From contig OZ286464.1 of NCBI GenBank assembly GCA_965644265.1, forward strand, positions 94,860,001 through 94,924,000: a stretch of 64,000 nucleotides of DNA, read 5' to 3'. Below, piece after piece: positions 25,744 through 39,200 of this stretch (its first letter is position 1; each line of letters begins with the position of its first letter). A program made the translations under genes and the position numbers. The notes beneath the pieces are model-generated. The model was not told the origin of the DNA. It searched no databases and saw only the letters and a program-made list of their open reading frames with translations. This DNA is from Glycera tridactyla (taxonomy: Eukaryota).

Positions 25744-27447
25744 GATCTTGGTGTCGATGATCACTGTGAAAGCAGGATAAAATTTCAGATTGATTTGGCA
25801 GCAACAGGCAACACCATCCAACTGGGGACACTCAGACAGGTGACCGACCCATACCACCCGTTTGGTGGCATGAAGCCAACAAACTCGAGTATTAAAAAGT
25901 ACAATGGTGACATCACCCAGCCAGTGGGCACAATCGACCTGAAATGCAGCCGAAATGGGACAACAAACAACCTCCGTTTCCAGGTTGTCGGCGGGCCGGA
26001 ATTCAAGGACAAGCCACCATTGCTTAGTGGTTCAGACTGTGTGTTGGTTGGGATTTTGAGAGTTGATGCCGATGAAATTAGGTCAATCGATGTCAATCAG
26101 ATTGATGGGCCTCTGACAGAGCATGCCATTAAACAGAACTTCAAAGATGTCTTTACTGGGCTGGGTTGCATTGGTGAACCCGTACATCTGCAACTCGATT
26201 CCAAAATCTAGCCAGTTCAAGCTGGTGTTCGACGATATCCCTTGAACAAAAGTGAACGTATTTTCTCAACGAGTCGGCGCGATGATCGATGAGGGCTATT
26301 TAGCACTGCTGACTGAACCAACCCCCTGGTGTTCTCCCATGACCGCTCTGGAAAGGCCAGACAAACCTAATCATCCCATACGAATCTGTATGGATCCAGG
26401 TAGGACATCGAATCTAGCCATACAATGACCAGTTTACCCAATGCCGACGTTGGAGGAGAACCTACATAGGCTGGTGAATGCTAAATGCTTCACTCTCGCC
26501 GACGCTCTTGTTGGTTTCAGTCAAGTTCCCATGGACTATGAGTCCAGTTTGCTGACAGCAATGCACACACCTCTAGGACGTGTCAGGTGGTTGAGGTTGC
26601 CATTTAGCATCAGCTCAGCACTGGAGGGATTTCAACGGAGACAGCATTAAGTTCTTGATGGACTGCAGGGTGTGATCAACGTGGCTGACAACATACTAAT
26701 ATTTGGCAAAGGAGACACCTTCGAGCAGGCGACACTCGATCACGATGCAAACCTTCTTGCTTTACTGATGCGATGCCTGAACAAACATAAAACTGAATCC
26801 AAAGAAACTGAGATTCAAGTTGAGGTCGGTTTCACTCATGGGACACACAATCGCAGATCAGGGCTTGGCTCCTGATGACTCAAAATTGGAGGCCATCCGT
26901 AGTTAACCCAGCATCTGATCGGCATGTGCAATTTCCTGTCGCAATATTTACCCAAGCTGAGTGTTGTAAGCGCTCCACTCCGTGCGGTCAGCCATCCAAA
27001 TGCAGAATATTGCTGGTCCCCAACCCAGCAGCTGGCTTTCGACAAAATCAAAGAACTTCTCACATCAGCCCCAGTGCTCCAGTTCTACGATCCCGCCCTT
27101 ATAGTGACACTGCAGGTAGATGCATCAGAGAAGGGCCTCGGTGCTTCTCTCCTGCCGAAAGCACCATGTGGCTAGCCGACACTCTGTCAAGAGCCCCATT
27201 GCCGCGTTCACACCAGTCAGACAGAGATTTTGCAATATTTGCTGCTGACATACAAAGCACAGAACACAGGCCTGCCAGGGTGCTGGATGAGATATTCACT
27301 CAGATCAAATCAGCTACAGCCTGAGATCCGGTCTTATCTCACCTGGTCCCATACATTGTCCATGGATGGCCAGATGAGAAGTCACAAGTTCCACCCTAGG
27401 TGGCGCAGTCTTGGAACTACCGTTCTGAACTGATCATCGATGAGGGA
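25744..27447 (+). mobile_element. Ty3/Gypsy pol fragment, degenerate
   Basis: Same motifs; extra stop at 26209-26211. Confidence 0.9.
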
Positions 27448-30400
27448 GCTGTCTGTCTTGCCATTTATGTTTTGTATATTTGACTTATCTTTATTTGAGG
27501 ACCAGAACTTGCGTATGGTTTTCCATAGTCCTTTCGGATTTCCTTCGTTTTCCATGAGCTTATTTTGTAAATAGGTACGCTGTAAATGCATCTTGAGTTT
27601 TTTAACTTCTTTTTGTAATTCAGACTTGCGTTGACAGTTTTCTTCACTAGGATCTAATCTCTTGATTTTACTAGCCTTCTCTCTCTCATCAATCAAGCAA
27701 TGATACTCTCCTGTCATCCACCCAGGGCAGTTTTCTCCAACTCGTACTCGTTTCATCAGAATGTTTTCATCGAAAATAGGCTGTAAATTACTGTACAATA
27801 TTTCCAAGGCTTCATATACATTTTCTGTCGCAAAATAAGTATCCCAGTCGAGTGCTTCAATTTCATTGGACAATATTCGCATTTCTGTAATTTCTAAAAT
27901 TCAGATAATGATGTTTACGTTCAATTTTTATTTTTTTACGAACAGTGAATATCAATGCATGATCTGATATGCCTAGATCTATTGTCCCACTTCTTGCATA
28001 CAAGTCCGTGTTTGTTACCATAATATGGTCAATAAGAGTTTTTGACCTTTTGGTTATTCTCGTGGGAGACTTTATTGTTTGTACCAACCCGTTTGATTCA
28101 ATAAAATCATTTAAATTTGTTTTCAATCTATTGTTAGCAAGCATATCAATATTTGTATCGCCTAGGAAAATTGAATCGTGGGCTGATGAAAAACAAATAT
28201 CATTGTACTTATTTTCAAGAAGATCAAGCGCGTTGGAGACACTGCAATCAGGTGGTCGGTATAAACCGCAAATATATGTTGGTTTCGTGTCCTTCAGGTT
28301 GAGGCGAAACCACATGTATTCTATATCAGGAGTACATAGTGACCAGTTTGACAAATAATCAACGTTCCTGGTATTTTTTATGTAAGCCAATAAGCCTCCA
28401 CCTCCTCTTTTGCCTTGACCCAAGTCTCGATCAAACCTGTACATTGTATAATCAGTGATATAATCCCTGGTCTGAAATACTACTATTTAAAAAGCTTTCA
28501 CCAAGTTTTATCATATCAATATTGCTCCTAAATAAGAATACCCTCACCTCTTCTATTTTTCGAATCACACTACAGATATTCAAGTAAGCAATTTTGATGC
28601 CAGGAATACCTCTAAATTCTTGTGAAGATTCTAGGTTTAGTTCCATGAGTAGTTTTTGGTGATACTGCACCTTGTTAGTAACTTAGTAGTAGATTTATGA
28701 AGTACAACTGCCGATGAGAGGTTTCCAAATGATAAAGAAAAATAATATTTTCAGATTAATCTACTCATAAGATGATGTGGAAGAAATCAGTCCACAGTTT
28801 TAATCTTTCTTTTTGTGTGGTATGATAAGAATATCCCATCTTTAAGGAGATAAATGTTTGTTGATGGAAAAATTTTGACAGTGATTCACTTACTGACACA
28901 AGAGCAGGAATATTTCTATAGTTTTAGCAATTTGCATATTACATGCTGAATTCCACTCGAAATAACAAATTTTAAGAACACATAATGCAGAGATAAAATA
29001 AAGAAAAATACAATATAATATATGGACGACAAGAAACAATGGGAGCAAGATCATAGCTTCTTTTCAATTTTCAAATTTCAAACATAAATAAATGAGATCA
29101 TACACTGTTTCAGTTTTCCTAATCCTTGCAAATACTACAGCAAAATAATAGTCCAAAAAATTCAGAATTTTTACAATGATGGTAATTTGATGCCCAAGTC
29201 AACCCTCCATCTTAATTAAAGTTGAATTGAACAAATGTAATAAATAATTTTCAATTTCACTGAAATGTAAAATAAATGGGATTTTATAATTGATATTGCT
29301 CATGTCAGATCTGAAGCATTTATCCCTGTAGCCAGATCATCTCTTAAAACAGAAACATAATAAATAAATAATGGCCATCTCAGGGCTTTCTTGTCATACA
29401 ATTTTAAGTTAAAGCAATCAAAGCCATACATAAGCAAAACAGAAACAAAACAATCCTATCAGTATCATAGCTGTTTAGGTCAAATGGTAAGCCATCTAGG
29501 AACAGCTCATTTTCATCTGTTGAAATGAGAGTTGAGACCAATCACAAGACATCTGTGGGTCAGTTTCACATTTATTTTCAGTTTTGATTTTAATTTTTAC
29601 ATTTAAGTTAAAGTATCTGAGTCATCGAGGAGCCACACTCCCCATCTCCACCCAACACAGATGGACCCTAATTTGGTGGGAGTGGTCTGGTTGGGTGTTA
29701 ATGTAGGAGTATCTCCCCGCGATGAGTCAGGACTTAGGTAATCACCATATATAGGTATGCACTTCAAGTTCCACAAGTCAAAGTGTGAAATGGATGAAGT
29801 TCTATAATTACCATTGCTCCTGTCGGATCTGAGGCATTTATCTCTGTAGCCAAATCATCTCTTATACATAAACCTAATAATAATAATAATCATCCCATAG
29901 TTTTCATGTCAAGTTAAAGCTAAATCAATCAAAACCATACAAAAGCAAAATAGAAACAAAACAAATCCTATCAGTATCATAGTTGTTGAGGTGAGATGCC
30001 AAGCCATCAAGAACGAGCTTGTTTTCAAACTGTTGAAGTGAGAGTTGAGGTCAATTTCACAACAACCAAAAATGAAATTTGCAATTTAATTTTAATTTTC
30101 TTTTCTAAATTTAAGTTTAAGTTTAAGTGACTGAGTCATCGAGGAGTCACACTCCCTACCCCCACACAATACAGATGGACCCTGAATTGGTGGAAGTGGT
30201 TTGCCTGAGTGTTAATGTGGGAGTATTTCACCACGATGAACTAGGACTTTGATAATCACCGTATATAAATATGCACTTCAAGTTCCACAAATCAAGATGA
30301 TTGACTGTTGGTGAGACTTTTCACCTGATATTCACTAGTGGCAATATGCGTTTTGAATTAAATAGTTTGATATCACATCAATATATTCCTTTCTATTTTT

Positions 30401-33400
30401 ATAGCAACTAGCTAAATGTCTGATTCACTGAAGGGCCACACTCCCCACCTTTACACAGTCCAGATGGACCCTGCTTTGGTGGGAGTGGTCTGATTGCGTA
30501 TTGGTGTGGGAGTGTCTCCCCGCACTGAATCAGGACACAGGTAGGCACCCCCCAAAAAAGTTGTCCTCCTCGTCAAGTTAGGAGTGTAGATTTACCCAAG
30601 TTTTCTCATATGATACCAGTTTCCCATGAAATGAAAATTGGAATGAGATCATTTTGTCACCTTACATACTTACATTTAAAATTTCACTCCACCTACGATA
30701 CAGACATTCACTCACTGATATATACTCGCTTCCATTCTTCTCACATTTCCTTTCTTGCACCACTGACCGTCATTTCTCATCACAGATTTCATCATTCTCC
30801 CTACTGTTGATCAGCATTCCAAGTAGTCTTTCTGTAACCATGACCATAATAATGTTCAGACATTCATCAAGACAATTCAATAGTTCAAGTTCAATAGTTT
30901 TGCAGTCAAGTATGGACAAGTTGTCTCAGAGAGATATGGCCGGTGATTATGGTGTTTCATCCATTTCTTTGTAGACGAAATCCAGTTATCAATAATCGGT
31001 CCAATAAGATGCATGCATAAGGCCCTCATGCCATAATTGTTCAAGTGGACTTTGTCATACCCCAGCATTCCATTCAATATTTCGCCCAAACGAGTGGGTC
31101 TTGGTTTCTGTTCTGGAGGGATTCCCACCAGTCAAAAAGGCCTGACATACATTTGATGTGTGCTGATCACCCTAATCTTACTTTGAATGCCATATTCTGC
31201 ATGATCTTTGGCTAAAGTTTCCATACAGAAATGGTCAACCCAAAGTGCGAGAGATCTGGCTTCATCAACCCAAGCTGGTCTCCAGAAAATAGGCACTACC
31301 ATGATTTCCACTTCCGGGTACAGAAATTCAAGGTGCCTCATGAGATTCAATATTTGAAATGTGATTGATTTGAATCTTGTGAGCTTCTCTTTCATGATTT
31401 GGGCATTTCTTTTTTAGGGATTTCAGTTGTGTAAGTGATGGTTCTGATTTTTGTGTTGAAATTATCCACATCATTACTCTCAATAATTATTGTGACATAA
31501 TTAGGGGTGAATCCAATGAGTTTTAGACTGTTTACAGTGTCCCCATATCGATTTCTCTTCCGTTCATCATTGCCGAAACGCCCGTGCATATGATCTTGTA
31601 ATTCAATCCAATTGGATCCACTGAATCCACGATATTTCCAAGTATTTAAGAGTGTTTTAATTTTCCACCATATCGGGCAGATTTTTAATGTATCCAGATA
31701 GATGTTCGACATGGCTTGCGCCCAATACCAGAACCTCAGGTAGCTCGATTGAAGCAAGTTGATTCCTACGTCGTGACACTGGAAAACGCCCACTTTCCCT
31801 TTCTACTCGCCGTCTCGCAAGCTGAAGCGCCATTGTTCTTTCGGTCTACAAATAACAACAAATATTTATGTTCAGTGCTAACATTCAGATATGGTTTCAT
31901 GTGTAATTTCATAGATGTTTATTAGTGTCTAGCCGTCTGATTTGACATGTCAGACAGCTGATTACGATAGGGGGTTTCCTAGCAATAATAATTGATTTGA
32001 CTTGTCAGACAGCTGATTACGATAGGGAGTTTCCCAGCTATAATAATTGATGTGACATCATTCTCGTAACGGAGAGGGGATCCCGGTGGTTCCTCCCGGC
32101 ACTCCAGCCTTTCATTCCAGATTTCTCTCATTATCAAGATCCAACCACTTAACCACATTCCCGTGTAATCATGTCAATAATCTTACTGGGTCTTCGTAGC
32201 CATCTGTTCTGTCCATTAATCTTCGCGCTTACCAAACATGCCATTTCTGATTTTTATGTTTGCTCAATCGGGAGCACGTTGAACGGGTTCGGAGATTTGA
32301 TGCCTGGGGTCAAGGTCGGGTTTGTGGAGTGTTCGATTTTCTCCAGACGCATTGTTTACTCTATCATCCGGTCCTGTTCGAGATGAGTGACCACTTTCAT
32401 CTTTAGATTTGATTTTTGTCTGGTGTCTTTCCATTCTTTTCCAGGAGCTAGGATTAGATTTAGACTATCAATTTGCTCAAAGAGAGTATCACTCGTTTCA
32501 TCTAACTTTGATGGTGGCGAGATAGATTTAGAGGATTCATCAACATGAGAGTTTTGTTCCATCCCTTCCTCCCCATGACTTAAACTTGAATTACCCACTT
32601 TTGATTGGTCATTTAGTGGTTGTGGATTTCGTCTGTTCTCATTTGGATTTTTCCAATTTCTCCTATGTCTAAAGTCAGGATCTGTGATATTTTTCGTTTT
32701 ACTGTTTAAGATTTCAGTCAACTTGTCCAAACTTGGTACCAATATTTTCTGCTCATGAGCACTTCTTGCTATGTAGACTTGACCTTGAGCCGTCCAGACA
32801 TTGTGTAGATTGTTGTCGACCTTGGCCTTTCTCGCTTCCTGAAATATGTTGTTTTCAATTTCAGTCAGTTGCTCACGTATGAAGACGGGTGACTTCCGGA
32901 AAGCAGCCTTTCTTTGTAGGATATCCTTCCTCAGGTTGGGGTCAACAAATTGAACTCTGACCGATCTAACCTTCCCCTGTCTCAGTGCTCCAAACCGTAT
33001 CGCCTGTATGATATGTCGCTCAATTATCTGTAAGTCGGTATATTCGTTCACTAGCTTTACAATTTGTTCATGGATGAATATATCTCTAACATATGGCAAT
33101 TCATCAAAAATGAGTACAAGCAATCTGTCATTTTTCTTCAGCTGTTCAACATCACATTCCAGTTTCCCCACTCTTGTTGCAACAATCCACGTTTTTTGTT
33201 TTGTTTTGACTTCCCGTTTTTTTCAAGACTTCAATTTCTTTCCTCAACTTTGTCACTTCATCTCTCAACTTGTCAATTTCACTCTTAGAGTTGATTCCCA
33301 GCTCCTTTAACTCTCGTCTCAGCATGTCGAGTTCTTGAGCTTGGTATCCCAAAATGTCTGACATTTTCCTAATGGCTTTGTCATTTGTTTCGATTTGGGC

Positions 33401-34551
33401 TCGATCATTATCAAGGGTTTGGACTGAGTCCTCGATAGTTGTAGATAGTTCGGCTCTCCATTCTCTCCGATTTTGATCAAATTTATCTTGAAAGTTGTCA
33501 ATGATTCGTTTATCAATATACTGTTCACACGTTGATATTGTCTGCTCCTTGACAACCTCACTACATACCGATTTAATCTCGTTTTATTTTTGAGTGTTGA
33601 CTGGATCTCCTGTTTCAAGTCTTTTTGAAACTTCTTTGTTTTCACAAACTCCTGTACCTCTTTCCTGATCTCTTTGTTTGTTTCTATATGAACTAGCTGC
33701 TTCATCTCTTCTCTAAGTTCTAGTATCAGTTCAGTTTTTATTTCTTTCACAACACTTGTTCTCATCTCGCTGTGAATGATCTCACTCAGATCTTCTCAGA
33801 GAGACCTACGTAGTGATACTACGTCAAACAGGGTCAGTTGAGTTGTTGCTGTCAGCTCTTCATCAGTACCACTGGCAACTGATACATGTTTTTGAATACT
33901 CGACCCACTGTGTGATAGCTTGCTATTCGTTAAAGCGTGACCGTTGACTTCGGCAGCAGTTGTCTGCTCACTGGGGCTGCTTTTCACTAATTCAGTTTGT
34001 GTTAATGTGTCATCGGGACCGGGGTTCCCAAGACCGCCCGGAGTAGCATGTTTATCTTTCTCCCCGCTCATGATGTCCTCCTGCCCGCTACTATCGTCTC
34101 TCTCTTTACCTTCACACAACGATGTGGCCCCGACAACGTTTCCTTCATGATCGCTAAAGGGATCTGGTGGTTCGGAATGTTCATCAGAAATTACTTCAAC
34201 AGATTCTTCCATGCTGCTATTTGATAGGCTTTCATTATCAAGTGCTTGCATGGATTTTGACCTCTCAAAGTCAGGGTTTGATTCACCAGGTGATAAGACC
34301 GAACTCGATCTAGCAATCGTCTGTCCACAATGAGGGGTTAACTGTTTAGGGTCGAATGGGGTCAACTGTGTACCTGTAATTTCGCCCAGCTTTCCGCCTT
34401 TCTACATGATTTTACTGTCCATCTTTGGAGTTTCTCGCAAAGTACTCCTTGATTCCCTGCATCAGGCGCTCTTCATAACCACTGTTTACATGTGAAAATG
34501 TTCACTTTCTTCTCAACTTGTGTGTGCTGCTGTTACTGCGTCTGCGCCATC
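27435..34551 (-). mobile_element. CR1/L2-group LINE 5' part, unit 4 (type A): APE 27435-28646, SGNH 30877-31833, ORF1 32356-34462
   Basis: Near-identical to unit 1 and shares its diagnostic variants. Confidence 0.8.
30877..31833 (-). pseudogene. SGNH hydrolase ORF, frameshifted with an extra stop
   Basis: Same blocks as unit 1 (ESND variant). Confidence 0.78.
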
Positions 34552-36255
34552 GATCTTGGTGTCGATGATCACTGTGAAAGCAGGATAAAATTTCAGATTG
34601 ATTTGGCAGCAACAGGCAACACCATCCAACTGGGGACACTCAGACAGGTGACCGACCCATACCACCCGTTTGGTGGCATGAAGCCAACAAACTCGAGTAT
34701 TAAAAAGTACAAGGGTGACATCACCCAGCCAGTGGGCACAATCGACCTGAAATGCAGCCGAAATGGGACAACAAACACCCTCCGTTTCCAGGTTGTCGGC
34801 GGGCCGGAATTCAAGGACAAGCCACCATTGCTTAGTGGTTCAGACTGTGTGTTGGTTGGGATTTTGAGAGTTGATGCCGATGAAATTAGGTCAATCGATG
34901 TCAATCAGATTGATGGGCCTCTGACAGAGCATGCCATTAAACAGAACTTCAAAGATGTCTTTACTGGGCTGGGTTGCATTGGTGAACCCGTACATCTGCA
35001 ACTCGATTCCAAAATCCAGCCAGTTCAAGCTGGTGTTCGACGATATCCCTTGAACAAAAGTGAACGTATTTTCTCAACGAGTCGGTGCGATGATTGATGA
35101 GGGCTATTTAGCACTGCTGACTGAACCAACCCCCTGGTGTTCTCCCATGACCGCTCTGGAAAGGCCAGACAAACCTAATCATCCCATACGAATCTGTATG
35201 GATCCAGGTAGGACATCGAATCTAGCCATACAATGACCAGTTTACCCAATGCCGACGTTGGAGGAGAACCTACATAGGCTGGTGAATGCTAAATGCTTCA
35301 CTCTCGCCGACGCTCTTGTTGGTTTCAGTCAAGTTCCCATGGACTATGAGTCCAGTTTGCTGACAGCAATGCACACACCTCTAGGACGTGTCAGGTGGTT
35401 GAGGTTGCCATTTAGCATCAGCTCAGCACTGGAGGAATTTCAACGGAGACAGCATTAAGTTCTTGATGGACTGCAGGGTGTGATCAACGTGGCTGACAAC
35501 ATACTAATATTTGGCAAAGGAGACACCTTCGAGCAGGCGACACTCGATCACGATGCAAACCTTCTTGCTTTACTGATGCGATGCCTGAACAAACATAAAA
35601 CTGAATCCAAAGAAACTGAGATTCAAGTTGAGGTCGGTTTCACTCATGGGACACACAATCGCAGATCAGGGCTTGGCTCCTGATGACTCAAAATTGGAGG
35701 CCATCCGTAGTTAACCCAGCGTCTGATCGGCATGTGCAATTTCCTGTCGCAATATTTACCCAAGCTGAGTGATGTAAGCGCTCCACTCCGTGCGGTCAGC
35801 CATCCAAATGCAGAATATTGCTGGTCCCCAACCCAGCAGCTGGCTTTCGACAAAATCAAAGAACTTCTCACATCAGCCCCAGTGCTCCAGTTCTACGATC
35901 CCGCCCTTATAGTGACACTGCAGGTAGATGCATCAGAGAAGGGCCTCGGTGCTTCTCTCCTGCCGAAAGCACCATGTGGCTAGCCGACACTCTGTCAAGA
36001 GCCCCATTGCCGCGTTCACACCAGTCAGACAGAGATTTTGCAATATTTGCTGCTGACATACAAAGCACAGAACACAGGCCTGCCAGGGTGCTGGATGAGA
36101 TATTCACTCAGATCAAATCAGCTACAGCCTGAGATCCGGTCTTATCTCACCTGGTCCCATACATTGTCCATGGATGGCCAGATGAGAAGTCACAAGTTCC
36201 ACCCTAGGTGGCGCAGTCTTGGAACTACCGTTCTGAACTGATCATCGATGAGGGA
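34552..36255 (+). mobile_element. Ty3/Gypsy pol fragment, degenerate
   Basis: Same motifs as 8135-9838. Confidence 0.9.
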
Positions 36256-39200
36256 GCTGTCTGTCTTGCCATTTATGTTTTGTATATTTGACTTATCTTT
36301 ATTTGAGGACCAGAACTTGCGTATGGTTTTCCATAGTCCTTTCGGATTTCCTTCGTTTTCCATGAGCTTATTTTGTAAATAGGTACGCTGTAAATGCATC
36401 TTGAGTTTTTTAGCTTCTTTTTGTAATTCAGACTTGCGTTGACAGTTTTCTTCACTAGGATCTAATCTCTTGATTTTACTAGCCTTCTCTCTCTCATCAA
36501 TCAAGCAATGATACTCTCCTGTCATCCACCCAGGGCAGTTTTCTCCAACTCGTACTCGTTTCATCAGAATGTTTTCATCGAAAATAGGCTGTAAATTACT
36601 GTACAATATTTCCAAGGCTTCATATACATTTTCTGTCACAAAATAAGTATCCCAGTCAAGTGCTTCAATTTCATTGGACAATATTCGCATTTCTGTAATT
36701 TCTAAATTCAGATAATGATGTTTACGTTCAATTTTTATTTTTTTCACGAACAGTGAATATCAATGCATGATCTGATATGCCTAGATCTATTGTCCCACTT
36801 CTTGCATACAAGTCCGTGTTTGTTACCATAATATGGTCAATAAGAGTTTTTGACCTTTCAGTTATTCTCGTGGGAGACTTTATCGTTTGTACCAACCCGT
36901 TTGATTCAATAAAATCATTTAAATTTGTTTTCAATCTATTGTTAGCAAGCATATCAATATTTGTATCGCCTAGGAAAATTGAATCGTGGGCTGATGAAAA
37001 ACAAATATCATTGTACTCATTTTCAAGAAGATCAAGCGCGTTGGAGACACTGCCATCAGGTGGTCGGTATAAACCGCAAATATATGTTGGTTTCGTGTCC
37101 TTCAGGTTGAGGCGAAACCACATGTATTCTATATCAGGAGTACATAGTGACCAGTTTGACAAATAATCAACGTTCCTGGTATTTTTTTACGTAAGCCAAT
37201 AAGCCTCCACCTCCTCTTTTGCCTTGACCCAAGTCTCGATCAAACCTGTACATTGTATAATCAGTAATATAATCCCTGGTCTGAAATACTACTATTTAAA
37301 AAGCTTTCACCAAGTTTTATCATATCAATATTGCTCCTAAATAAGAATACCCTCACCTCTTCTATTTTTCGAATCACACTACAGATATTCAAGTAAGCAA
37401 TTTTGATGCCAGGAATACCTCTAAATTCTTGTGAAGATTCTAGGTTTAGTTCCATGAGTAGTTTTTGGTGATACTGCACCTTGTTAGTAACTTAGTAGTA
37501 GATTTATGAAGTACAACTGCCGATGAGAGGTTTCCAAATGATAAAGAAAAATAATATTTTCAGATTAATCTACTCATAAGATGATGTGGAAGAAATCAGT
37601 CCACAGTTTTAATCTTTCTTTTTGTGTGGTATGAATGGAATATCCCATCTTTAAGGAGATAAATGTTTGTTGATGGAAAAATTTTGACAGTGATTCACTT
37701 ACTGACACAAGAGCAGGAATATTTCTATAGTTTTAGCAATTTGCATATTACATGCTGAATTCCACTCGAAATAACAAATTTTAAGAACACATAATGCAGA
37801 GATAAAATAAAGAAAAATACAATATAATATATGGACGACAAGAAACAATGGGAGCAAGATCATAGCTTCTTTTCAATTTTCAAATTTCAAACATAAATAA
37901 ATGAGATCATACACTGTTTCAGTTTTCCTAATCCTTGCAAATACTACAGCAAAATAATAGTCCAAAAAATTCAGAATTTTTACAATGATGGTAATTTGAT
38001 GCCCAAGTCAACCCTCCATCTTAATTAAAGTTGAATTGAACAAATGTAATAAATAATTTTCAATTTCACTGAAATGTAAAATAAATGGGATTTTATAATT
38101 GATATTGCTCATGTCAGATCTGAAGCATTTATCCCTGTAGCCAGATCATCTCTTAAAACAGAAACATAATAAATAAATAATGGCCATCTCAGGGCTTTCT
38201 TGTCATACAATTTTAAGTTAAAGCAATCAAAGCCATACATAAGCAAAACAGAAACAAAACAATCCTATCAGTATCATAGCTGTTTAGGTCAAATGGTAAG
38301 CCATCTAGGAACAGCTTATTTTCATCTGTTGAAATGAGAGTTGAGACCAATCACAAGACATCTGTGGGTCAGTTTCACATTTATTTTCAGTTTTGATTTT
38401 AATTTTTACATTTAAGTTAAAGTATCTGAGTCATCGAGGAGCCACACTCCCCATCTCCACCCAACACAGATGGACCCTAATTTGGTGGGAGTGGTCTGGT
38501 TGGGTGTTAATGTAGGAGTATCTCCCCGCGATGAGTCAGGACTTAGGTAATCACCATATATAGGTATGCACTTCAAGTTCCACAAGTCAAAGTGTGAAAT
38601 GGATGAAGTTCTATAATTACCATTGCTCCTGTCGGATCTGAGGCATTTATCTCTGTAGCCAAATCATCTCTTATACATAAACCTAATAATAATAATAATC
38701 ATCCCATAGTTTTCATGTCAAGTTAAAGCTAAATCAATCAAAACCATACAAAAGCAAAATAGAAACAAAACAAATCCTATCAGTATCATAGTTGTTGAGG
38801 TGAGTTGCCAAGCCATCAAGAACGAGCTTGTTTTCAAACTGTTGAAGTGAGAGTTGAGGTCAATTTCACAACAACCAAAAATGAAATTTGCAATTTAATT
38901 TTAATTTTCTTTTCTAAATTTAAGTTTAAGTTTAAGTGACTGAGTCATCGAGGAGTCACACTCCCTACCCCCACACAATACAGATGGACCCTGAATTGGT
39001 GGAAGTGGTTTGCCTGAGTGTTAATGTGGGAGTATTTCACCACGATGAACTAGGACTTTGATAATCACCGTATATAAATATGCACTTCAAGTTCCACAAA
39101 TCAAGATGATTGACTGTTGGTGAGACTTTTCACCTGATATTCACTAGTGGCAATATGCGTTTTGAATTAAATAGTTTGATATCACATCAATATATTACTT